A stretch of 63,812 bases of DNA, the filler included, from Hausera hauseri (Eukaryota), in NCBI GenBank assembly GCA_046269625.1. It is 11 parts of 11 records of this genome, joined end to end, with 100 filler letters (N's around TTAATTAATTAA, not from the genome) between each part and the next. Parts side by side here need not be neighbours in the genome. Positions count along the whole stretch, not along the records: positions 23,838 to 28,263 come from JBJURY010588444.1; positions 28,364 to 32,385 come from JBJURY010812976.1; positions 32,486 to 38,457 come from JBJURY010159866.1; 8 more parts are not named here. One strand, written 5' to 3'. The translations under genes and the position numbers were made by a program. Of this stretch, positions 24,704 to 36,029 are shown one piece after another (the first letter of the stretch is position 1; each line of letters opens with the position of its first letter). The notes beneath the pieces were generated by a model. It was not told the DNA's origin, did not search any database, and saw nothing but the letters and a program-made list of their open reading frames with translations.

Positions 24704-27700
24704 TCCATGTCTAACTGCCTGATGGAGATTGATCTAACAGACTACATACCTCCCCCTATTACACAGATGGCAGAGCAGCTTTCTCTGCTTTCCATGAGGC
24801 TGAGGCCTGCTCTCAGGGAGGAAAGGCAGCTGTTGATTACTTGTGTAGATGGAAGAAGGATATTCCATATCTACCTCCAGTATGTATCCCGTATATCCAT
24901 TGGGATCCAGTTCCAGTAAGGAAATGTTTTCAGGATTCTCGACTTATTTGAAGTTATCGTATGACAGTAGGGCGCTAATTGCCCATCCATACAAGTTGTT
25001 GGCATCCAGGTATGATATATATATATGATGATTTCTTTGTTGAGTCGTATTCCGCCATATACTTGTTATTGGACTCACTACCGATGAATGGCCTGGCATA
25101 TTTCACCTCAAATGCCTCTCTCGATCATAAGGATCATATCATAATCCTTAATGATCAGCAGCCTAATACGAGTATAGCGCAGCATTGCTGCCCATCTCAT
25201 TCCTGGAGCTGTAGAGAAATGAGCAGGATCCAAAGCATGGCTCTTCATTGTAACATCCCTAAAACTCTCAAAGGCATCTGTCAGCAACAGCACGCCCGTC
25301 TTGAGGTAAATATCACTGTATTCCCCTATTGTCCCCAATTGCAATGCATGCCAGATTTTCTGGGCATGCTGGTAATCCATATCACTGATATCGCAAACAG
25401 AAAGGATATTGTAAAAGTCCTTATTGTCCGGCAATGGGGTTTCATCCAGTCTTTCCCATGAAGTTATATAATCATAAGGAAACACACCTTTCATCTTGAA
25501 TAGGTCAAATGCAGTGGGGAAGAACCGCTTCGTCTCCCTAAGTTCTTCTGCAGGGAGGTTAGTCACTAAACTGTCCAATAAAGACGACATGAAACAAAAA
25601 CTGTCTATAAAGCGAAGCCTGCTTTTGCCCACATGCTTGGTAAATGTGATATATTTTTCGTCACTGTTGGGGATCACATCTATATTACCACCAATGTTGC
25701 CTAATTCTCGGACTATGAAATGGGAATCATAGGCACTGAGATTATGGAAAACTACAGGCACATATGTGCATGTTTTGCAGCAAAGATTGCAGTTGTTGCA
25801 TGCTGCTCCTCGATATTCACCTGTAAAATGGCAGTGATCCTTGACTTTCCAATTTTCCTTCGTTAACGACGTGTCGCACAAGTAACATGCTGTTGCCTTG
25901 CGCCATTCTTCTGCTTGTTTCCACGACATTCTCATTTTATCCTTATGCTCCTGAAGCATGTTTTCAAGCTTATGAGCCATATATTCAAGTCGTTTTATGA
26001 AATGAGCTGCTTCACCTGGACCCCTGAATAGATGTGGTTTACTGTCCAGTCCTTGGGTATACACACAATACGATGAGAGCTCATGATATTGGTATGCCCT
26101 TGTGCTGATATATTGAGGACTGGCAGTGCAACTGTGAACTAGCCGGAGAATAGCTTCAAAGTTACAATAGATAACTATTGGAACATTGATCTTCTTCTCG
26201 AATTCCTTGAATTCAATATGGTCCTCCTTGGGAAATTCTGGTTTTACACAGTAATTGTTGTTGCAGTTTATTTTATGCTCTGCAAGCTTGTCCACTGCTG
26301 CATCAACTCTGGAATGAGACAGATATCGCTTACATATTTCTATTTGTTCATGATGATTCGTAATTTCGGATCTGACTAGACGCTCAAAGTTCTTGATCCA
26401 AACATAATGTTTCTTTCTTCCATCGTCGAGTAGGATCATATCCCTATTATCTTCTAATTTATTATCATACATCTGCAAGGGATAAAATTTATCATCCTCA
26501 TCCAATCCAAAGATGTTGTCTGATACTTTGTTGAGTCGATTGAACTTCTTAATTTCATGTAAGGATGAAGGGAATGTGGTACACTGGAAGTCATAGTTGG
26601 GCTGAACATCTTTATATTGCCATACTCGTGAAGCATTATGTTGATCAGGCACGAGTTTTGATGGAATGGCATACATTAAACACATGTTGTCATTATTATG
26701 GAAATTCATACATGCTTTTTTATTAGCGATCCAATTAGTGGGTTGAATATATGAACTAACCCGCATGGAGGAGAATCTATGCACATACAGCAGCAATCTC
26801 GTGATAATTGCTGGAGTCCATCCGCTCTTCTTACTTTGGCACTCATCAGCTTCACAGATCAGCTTTGCATGCTCTTCCTACAGCCATTCTACTCTATTGG
26901 TGGCTTTAAAAATTGGTCTATTTTTGGTCTTGAAGGGCCCTTTGGACTTTTCGCCATCAACATTAATGTATGTGGCCTCAAGTTTCATATAAGCCTTAAT
27001 AGCCTTAAGCTCAGCTATGTTGTCCTGAAGAATCACCTCTGTTTCTTCTTCTGTGTACTTCAGGAACTCCTTCATGGTTGTTTGTCCAGTTGCATCAATG
27101 CTATATTTGCGCCATTTTTTCTTTAATGTTGAAACAACAACTGGCCGCTGTCTTTGACTCTTTGATGCAGCGGGTACGCGTGATGCGCGTGATGCGTCCG
27201 ATGCGCATTTTAGTCCTGCATCTGACTGTGCAACAGGTTGTGGTATTGCAGGCTGTGATACTGCAGGCTGTGGTACTGCAGGCTGCGGTAATGGCTTATG
27301 TTCATTAAAGACGATCTTCTTTGACTTTGATGCGAAGTCAGTAGAATGATGTTTGTGATCTTAATAAAACTGTATGTATTCTCCATCACATACAGCCTCA
27401 CATCCTGGGCATATATAATAGATGATCCTATTGAATTTGTATCCATAATAGCTCCTCATGGTATTGTTGCAATTCTGAGGGTTGTGTATTGCACATGTGC
27501 AATACACATATGAACTGCATCCTTGATTTTCCTTTGGCATGAAAGTCGTTACTGGCATATTGGTACTGAATATTTGTTTTTTCGACTTGGTGAAGGGAAT
27601 CAAGTGCTCTTTATAGACATTGTAAAAGTCTTCATAATTTGTTTGGCACACTACCTCACATGTACGAAATATATAATACTAAACCCTGTTGTAAATATGG

Positions 27701-27828
27701 CTAAAGCATTTCATCATAATACTGTGTCAATTTTCAGGCTCATGGATTTGAGACAAGCATTCTTTGTAAAGTTTGCACATCCCAAAATCAACCAATTATT
27801 TGAGGAGCACAATTAAAAAACTCATCAT
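24704..27828 (-). pseudogene. Polinton protein-primed family B DNA polymerase, 3'-truncated
   Basis: NNDNMC...HYVWI (vOTU-like), DHCHFTGEYRGAACNNCNL (EndoVII-like), FHNLSAYDSHF, FIDS, KGVFPYDY, YLDANNLYGWA; one frame with stops from 27828 to 25108. Confidence 0.92.
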
Positions 27829-28263
27829 TCGTTGAAGTGATTTTAAAAATATTGAAAAATATAGCCATATCACTATGTACTGCCCCGTTTATTGATCGGT
27901 TTAATGTTCTTTTGTTTTAATGCATGGATTAAATTATATATATTGTGGCGCCAAATTTAAGTTTCTCGACCATGTGGATTCGAATGGCGTCATTAGATTC
28001 TTCGCATAATGCATGCTTGACCGAATATTCAAGTTCGAATAGCTAATTATTCGACTCCGAAGCTCGAATTCAAATATCTAACATCATATTCCGATTCGCA
28101 ATATATGATTTCCTATCCATGCCCGCTTATAAATTTTTTGATTTCCGCTTCACTGGGCTTTATATGCACATTTTTCTTAATTCGAAATATTGATTTGGCA
28201 TCGATATAGTACATTTTCATGGAATAATTTTCACGTATGAGGGGGTTGTCATATATGAAGAAT

Positions 28264-28363
28264 NNNNNNNNNNNNNNNNNNNNNNNNNNNNNNNNNNNNN
28301 NNNNNNNTTAATTAATTAANNNNNNNNNNNNNNNNNNNNNNNNNNNNNNNNNNNNNNNNNNNN
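28264..28363. other. Artificial contig linker
   Basis: 44N-TTAATTAATTAA-44N. Confidence 0.99.
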
Positions 28364-28789
28364 TTTATGTTTAGGTTGGGTATCATAAGGGTACTTGAAG
28401 GTGATTTAGGTCGTCTTCTTCATGCTTATGCATGCTTATGGGAGCAAGTGTCAGCAGTTTTCATGTTGGTGACTTTGTCATATCGGCGACTTTTCAGGTT
28501 GTGTCGTCAACTCTTGTGTCGTCAACTTTCATGTCCATGACTTTGGTATATCGGTAAGTTTTTCATGTCAACGACCTTCCAAGTCTCTAGGTTTCATGTT
28601 AAGATTTTTCACATCGACAAGTTTTCATATCAACAACCCTGATGTCAACAACGTTCATGTTGGCATCCTTACCGGAAGAATTATATAAATTGTATAAAGA
28701 TAATTGGCTAACAATTAACAAATACGTGTCAACATACAAATGATAAGTTTGTCCGATAGAAGAAGAAACACGTCTACAAGCAAGGCACA

Positions 28790-29705
28790 TTATCTTAAAC
28801 CACTGCCAGCACCCGTGAGAAACAGGACCATAACAGAAAAAAATGTGCCTCTTTAATGAGCCGACATGTCCCTAAACATGAAGAAGACGACTTAAACCAC
28901 TCGCAGCACCCTTGAGAAACACGACCTTAACAGAAAAAATGTGTCCTTTTAAAGGTCGACATGTCCCTAAACATGAAGATGACGACTTAAACCACCAACG
29001 TCACCTCGAGAAACACGACCTTAACTGAAAAAAATGTGCCCTTTTAATTATGCGACATGGCCCTAAACATGAAGATGACGACCTACACCACTGCTAGCAC
29101 TCTTGAGAAACACGACCATAACAGAAAAAATGTGCCCCTTTAAATTTCCGACATGTCCCTAAACATGAAGGACACGACTTAAATCACCATCAGCCCCCTT
29201 GAAAAACACGACCTTAACAGAAAAAATGTTTCCCTTTAATGATCCGACATGTCCCTAAACATAAAGAACACGATTTAAACCACTGCCAGCACCCTTAAGA
29301 AACACGACCTTAATAGAAACAATGTGCCCCTTTAATGATCCGACATGTCCCTAAACATGAAAGACACGAATTAAATCACCATCAGCCCCCCTGAGAAACA
29401 CGACCTTAACAGAAAAAATGTTTCCCATTAATGATCCGACATGTCCCTAAACATGAAGAACACGACTTAAACCACTGCCAGCACCCTTAAGAAACACGAC
29501 CTTAACAGAATAAATGTGCCCCTTTAATGATCCGACATGACCCTAAACATGAAGAAGACGCTTAAATCACAATCATCACCCTTGAGAAATACGACCTTAA
29601 GAGAAAAAGTGTGTCCCTTTAATGATCCAATATATCTCTAAACATGAAAACGACGACTTAAACCACTGCTAGCCCCCTTGAGAAACACGACCTTAACAGA
29701 AAATA
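28790..29705. repeat. 96-bp tandem satellite, about 9.5 copies
   Basis: ACATGTCCCTAAACATGAAG (with variants) recurs at 28864, 28959, 29055, 29151, 29247, 29343, 29439, 29535. Confidence 0.96.
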
Positions 29706-31309
29706 TCACTCTTCCATGAACATGACCCACTACCTATATACGCCAAGGTACATAACGATACCTAGACCTAACACACTACCATTCCCAATATAAAGACACG
29801 GCACCACCACAGCCCCTCACCCCCTGTTTGTCACCATCTTGCTATGACCTTACCTAATGCCCACTCTGAGTTCACCTTCTGCTGTCACATGACTCAGCAT
29901 CCTGCTCTGCTTGACTTTGCCCACGTGGACCCTTTGTCATGACTCTGCCTTCCTAATTCTCTACAGAAAGACGAACCATATCACGGTTACCCTTTACATT
30001 GTTGACGTCCACATTCGTTCTTGTCAATGTTTAAAATCAAATATACATAACTTATCAATTACTGTTATCTCCCCTCTGCTGACGACGAGCTTCCAAGACA
30101 ATAAGAACCTACATCTCAGATTCCATAAGAACGAGCCCAACTGGTAGCAACACCTTATTGCACCTGATGACTTACATCTATGAACAAATACGACAAAGGA
30201 TCCCCAGACATTTCTTATACATGATGCCCTCTACAAAGGAACATGATGATGATGAAAAAAAGGAAACTATACTGAGGTATAGAGCCTCATCACTACTACC
30301 ACCACCCCCGCTCCATCACCCCTAAATACACATGTCATCAAAAGAACTTTCATCACGACTTATTTCTTTCGTTTGTCATGCCCGCTGGGCTTGTAATAAA
30401 CGATTAATCCAGGGGTTAAATTGTCACGAGATCGGATTAAGACCAGTGTCTCGTAACGGCGGCATTGTAATCACTGACATATGTTAAGGATTATCCAGAG
30501 ACCTTGTTTTTCCTTCAGGTACGTGGACAAGGTTAAACATTCCTTTGAACAAAATCGGTAAATGTATAACATATCACGAGACATTGTAAATACATTTCGT
30601 TTAGATGAGGGACATTTTTCATCCATGAGTTTTAACGAAAAGACTAAAATATTTACATGCCTAATGACTCTTTGTGAAAGACCGGTGTGTAAAAAAGTGA
30701 AATATTTTCATTAAAACCTTTGATAGACCGGTGTAAAAACCCACCCAATTGCATGTCCTATATGAAAATATGTTACTTTATTACAATGACGAAATAAAAA
30801 AATGATGAAAATATACAACACCTTTTGTTATATGTCGTGTTAATGTTGTGAAATAAATGTCCTTCAATACACAACACCCAAGGCAAACCCCTCTTAACAA
30901 GACACGTTTGGAAAAACCCCGCCACCACAAGCCTGAAAATGTTTGTGAAAAACCCATTAGTCATCTGATTTTATCATGACCCAAAGTCATGTCTCGAGAA
31001 TTGGGAAAGTGACCCGGGAAAGTGACCCGCGACCCGGAGGACGACGACCCGGCCGACCTCGCACTGGAGGACCCGGCCGACCTCGCAGCAGACGACCCTG
31101 CGGACGACCTCAACACCCTCGAACGACGCCACTAATTACACCAAACACATAATTACCTAAAAACAAAAATATGCAAGAGTTATTTCCCCCTTAAAAACTC
31201 CTAAAAGTAATCTCCCCTTACCCCGATGACCTCCTCTCACAGGGGGAGGAAATATTTACTTCTACAGGCTATATCCTTCCCTTGAAATGCGCGTCGTTTT
31301 GCAGGGTCT

Positions 31310-31590
31310 ATACCACTGCTGTGTCATGTGTGGAGTCGGAACATAGTCACCTGTTCTTTTCTGTTTAGCTGGTGGTAGGCATAATTTTTGTTGTAGCCTG
31401 GATGATCTTTCTTCCACTGTCCCACTCTTCTCTGTATTTGCTCCTAATTATTCTGCTTGCCTCTTCGTATGTTGCACTTGTGTCATCCTGTGGTAATTTG
31501 CTGCCTTCTTTTGCCAGCATGTCCCTGGGCCTTCTAATTCCCCGGTATGTTGCAGCATGATGGGATCCATTGCACCACCACTACATCCCT
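31310..31590 (-). pseudogene. Non-LTR retrotransposon (I/Ingi-like) RNase H C-terminal fragment
   Basis: VVVQWIPSCCNIPGN*KA..MLAKEG...LNRKEQVTMFRLHT. Confidence 0.7.
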
Positions 31591-31799
31591 TGGCAATTGG
31601 AAATCGAAAAGAGTAGGCCTAATGGCCACTGTCCGGGTTAAATTCTGAGAATAATCTATCCCTAGGGCAGAAATGTAAAAAGGCAATATTGCCTATTTCT
31701 CAATATTGGTTAAATAAGGATCTTATCATATCTTTTGAACTGTTTGCATGGATTGGTAATTACCTTCCTTAGGTCACTCAGTTCTCTGCTTTGTTGACT

Positions 31800-32030
31800 C
31801 CTCAGTGCACACCAATCAAGACCACATGAACTGAACAACTAGAGGCAAGGAGAAATAGAGGACGACCAAAGACAACCTGGCGTAGAATAGTGGCAACATA
31901 TATTACAGCTGAATAACCATACAGCTGCAGACCAACAGAGGTGGATAGCATGTGTTACTGCCTCACAAGGCATTCTTGGTAACGATCGCTTTGATGGTCT
32001 TCACCTAAGGACAGATGATGATGATGATAC
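31800..32030 (+). mobile_element. RTE-type LINE 3' end with (GAT)n tail
   Basis: RRNRGRPKTTWRR...ADQQRW..CVTA followed by GATGATGATGATGAT. Confidence 0.65.
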
Positions 32031-32210
32031 TAAATATGCAACGCATGCAAACAGTTTTGATAAAATAATAACATTCTAAGGAAGGACTGGATGAAAAAAA
32101 TTATACACGGTTGCGAAGTAACACCAGGGAATAGGAATAAACAAACACAAGAACCACATTTGGACCGTCTCCATCACGTACAACAAAAATACGCCACAGA
32201 AACTACACAT

Positions 32211-32385
32211 GGGATACGGTAACATGCGTCGTTAGATAGTGTGTGACACGGTAACATGCGTGGTAAGATAGTGTGGGACATGGTAACGTGTGGTAAGATA
32301 AGGTGGGACACGGTAGCATGCGTCATAAGTTAGTGTGGGACACGGTAACTGGCATGGTAAGATAGTGTGGGACACCGTAGCATGC
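32211..32385. repeat. Minisatellite of about 32 bp, at least 5.5 copies, running into the contig end
   Basis: GGGACACGGTAACATGCGTGGTAAGATAGTGT consensus. Confidence 0.93.
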
Positions 32386-32485
32386 NNNNNNNNNNNNNNN
32401 NNNNNNNNNNNNNNNNNNNNNNNNNNNNNTTAATTAATTAANNNNNNNNNNNNNNNNNNNNNNNNNNNNNNNNNNNNNNNNNNNN
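32386..32485. other. Artificial contig linker
   Basis: 44N-TTAATTAATTAA-44N. Confidence 0.99.
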
Positions 32486-34039
32486 AAATCACTTCCTTAG
32501 CAGACAGGTTATGGGCTACCCGTAACGCTGTCATTTTTTATAAATTGTTTAAACTCTAGATGTGATTGATTGTTTCGTGGTATAAAAGACGTTGATGAAA
32601 ATGCATTGTTTATATTATTCTTTTCCTCGCTATTATTTATCAAGTATTTTACCAGCTTGTTCGTTTGCACATGTCAAATCTTGCGACGACCTTGCTTGGC
32701 AGCATTGTATTTCATTAAGGATCTCAAGAAACAGTTTTTGAACAGAGATCGGGAGATTGTTATAAACGTTCTTCACTGCTAATTTTCCATTTTTTTTTTT
32801 TTTTGCTTATTGATGGAGTAAATATTTTGCGAAGTGTATCAGAAATGCTTCAACTGTCGTTGTTTCTTCGCTAATTTTGAATTGTTTTCCCAAGCTCGCA
32901 TTTCTGCATATCTACTTCCAAACCACATGATGAACTCCTCTACGTTTTTTTAGTTAGTTACCTTGTGTATGGGTTGTTATTTCACTGAACGGCAGATGAT
33001 TGAATGCTTTTTTCTATTCTTATAAAAACACATCAGTATTTCTATGACAATGAGTTTCTGATGATTCTGTGCCAACAACTTATTTTCACTCTGAAATGTT
33101 TGTCTGATCTTCTCCTTCCATCTGTTTATTGAACCCTTTTTGTATCTATACCTATTCTTTTCTTCCTGAAGGAAACTTCTCGTTTCACTGATGTGTCTGA
33201 TGTGCACGGCATGTTACTTCTCCTGATGATGAGGTTATAGAAATCTAGAGTTTATTTATTGACTGAATGAGGGAAAACATAGTTCATTCTGTTTCTATTT
33301 CTTGGAGGTATATATTTCTATAGGCGCCTGTACGTGAATTCTTGTTCTATCATTCTGGTCTGCATTTTTCGTGCAGATACATGTCTCTTAGTGGTTTACT
33401 CGAAAGCAGGGATGATTGTTTGAACTTTCTAATGCCTGGTTGTTGGAGAGTCTGGGCTGAACTCGTGTGTAGTGGCCGCTTTAATCATCCAATTGAGGCT
33501 TCTTTATGATGGAATATTGAGATGATATGAACTTCATAAGTTTGTATTTGTAGCTACAATTTGTAGCTTATACACATGTATTCATTGGAGGATGTTGGTT
33601 CATAATCTGTCAGCTGTGGCGCCAATGTAGCAGCATCTATTTGGGCTGTCATTAAGGTAGCTAGCCATATGTGAGATGAGAGTGATTTGGACATTGTGCG
33701 TTACTGGTTGTTTTACAACGGGAGTGTTTGCTAATTTGCTTTCAATTTGTATAAGTCATATGCTTGTTAATAGAGCATCTGTTTATACATTGGTGCTGTT
33801 TGATTTTTAGTTCTCTTATGTCTTACTATGTCACTTTTCATTGCTTTTTTTTTCACACAGATAGAGCGTCACTAATATGTCTTGGAGTGTGTGTAGGATC
33901 ACGGATACACACTACCGTTCTTTGTTGTAACCTTTTTTTTTTTACTACCGTCTGTAAATTGCTAGTGTCGACCATTGATGTCTTTGCCAGTGAGGCTATT
34001 GAAGGTTACTTCAGTCTGCATTGATGTATATAGACAGAA

Positions 34040-35751
34040 GTGTATGATTGTTGTCTGTAGTTGTATGAATGTCCAAGGGTTCTCTAGCAACTGGCGGTGT
34101 TCAAGGAACATCGTGAATGGATTGTCGTCTGTGAAGTAGGAACAGATTCCCTCATCATGCATATTTGAGACGGGGTCATGCAATCAGAGGGGGAAAGTTT
34201 ACGAGTTTGGATGCGAAGAATTGTTTCTTCATCGGAAGAGTCTATGAAATAGATTGAAAATGCGGGTGTTAAACGTTGGCTTGCCGCGTGGTTACCCCGG
34301 CTCATGTGCGGAAGGATATAAGAGATTTTGTTACCTCTATTCACTAAATACTTTTTTATCGATATTTTCGATGACTTTGGGAACTCATGTGCTTCTTGGC
34401 GGTTTTCTTTTTTTCTACCTTGTCTCCTCAAATATGGCTGCTGGAGGACTTAGTTCCAGCCGTATTTTCTGTATACATTGCTAACATTGTCGCATCGTAT
34501 GAAGTACGACCAAAATATTGGCTTGTTGTTTCCTCTGTTTGCCATTATATAGCGACTATTGGGGAGTTCATGATTCCGTTAATCTTGCCGTCCTAGTACT
34601 ACTTTCTTGCGGCCATTATGACTGCAATCCTGCGTCAAACTTCTAATTCGATGCATTTCGTTTCCCGGTAGTCAATCTTACAACACTTTGCTGTGAGACG
34701 GAATCGAGGAGAAATCCAGAAAAAGTTCAATTCATTTGGAATGATAATTTATACGGTTGTTGCAGCCCTCGGCATACTGTTTACTACGTTTATTACCAGT
34801 TGATAGCTATACATCCTTACTGTTCTTGTTTGTGCCTGTGGTTCACTATCGTTGTCTCATTACTGCACGTCACATATTTATTTTCGTGTGTTATCTGCAA
34901 CGACAGGTCAGCTCGTAGTGCAGTCGTTCCCGGATTCACATTTCAAAAATGTACTTTCTACACAGGAAGTAGACTCTGTTTTAGGTGTGAGAGGGAGTGC
35001 GAGGAAGAACGAGTATCTAACAAAAATGTTTGCCGTTAACTTGCCCTTGACCGAGTTGTGTTTGTACCACTCGAGGTCGCCATGCCACGCAGCGTTGTGG
35101 ATGAGCCGCTCTGTATTGATGCATCACCCAGCGTTATCATTTACCATTGGTTTCTGGAGAACAAGGAGACGGGGAAGGCTCAATCACGGATTGTTGGGAC
35201 GCATTTGTAGTAAACTATGGTGGAAGAATTGTTGTTCTGTTAGGGGGAGAATGTTGGCTTTATTTCTTCATGAGGGATGTGACAATGATCAAATATTATT
35301 TGCTCACCTGTTGTGTCTTGCTGCGTTGAAGCGAGCGAAAATAAGTCAACCTGTCAGAGAGCAATTTTTAGACCAAACAATGCGTATGGGTCGGTATGGA
35401 TCAATTGCTAGCGCGATTTATATCGAAAAGCAATGGGAAAAAGAGATCAAATTGTTCTTTGAAGATGCTATGAGATCTGTCGCCATGATCACTTCGAACA
35501 CGTTTCACGAAGCTTTCTTGTCTGTTGAATTAGAGAATGCTCGTGCAGCGTACGGAGTTACCAAAGTGAAACACATAGACAATGAAGAAGAGGCATGCTC
35601 GAACAATGTTGAAGGTGTGACGGTGAATGAATGGATACAGAGATCCTCGATCATGAAATATATGCTTCATGAAGCTGGATGGGATGTTAACACGCTGGTG
35701 ATGGACGCTCTCGATTTCCGCATCAGTGAGGCTTCAAGGTTTACGTATTGA
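34040..35751 (+). pseudogene. RUS1/DUF647-family membrane protein, intronless, disrupted
   Basis: LPRGYPGSC..GY.RF, IWLLEDL, SILQHFAVRRNRGEIQKKFNS; several in-frame stops and frameshifts. Confidence 0.6.
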
Positions 35752-36029
35752 AGAACTATATATGAGGCGCTGCATTAAGTGGATGATCGTTCGGCATGTG
35801 TCGAATGTAAGTGCTGTTGTGTTGTCTCATTTTTTTTTGTTTTGCTGCCTCTATTTTGCATGCCTGACCACTTCTACCGACTAATTCCTGATTTTCTTAC
35901 TGATAAAACAGTTGCTCTTAGTGCTACTCTTGAAGCGAAATAGGATTTTTTTGTTGTTTTTTTTCTTTTTTAGATTCTTGTTGACATATAACATATACGT
36001 GCACATACTTCCCCGAACGATTTTCGATA

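Noticed and set aside
25770-25900. EndoVII/HNH-like and OTU-like motifs inside pPolB as a novelty
   Set aside because: Already known features of Polinton-type polymerases
28790-29705. CRISPR-like array
   Set aside because: The whole 96-bp unit repeats with no unique spacers; eukaryotic context; no cas genes
34040-35751. Stop-codon reassignment (Blastocrithidia-like code) explaining in-frame TAG/TGA
   Set aside because: Frameshifts are also present, and the adjacent 675-codon GP63 uses no in-frame stops
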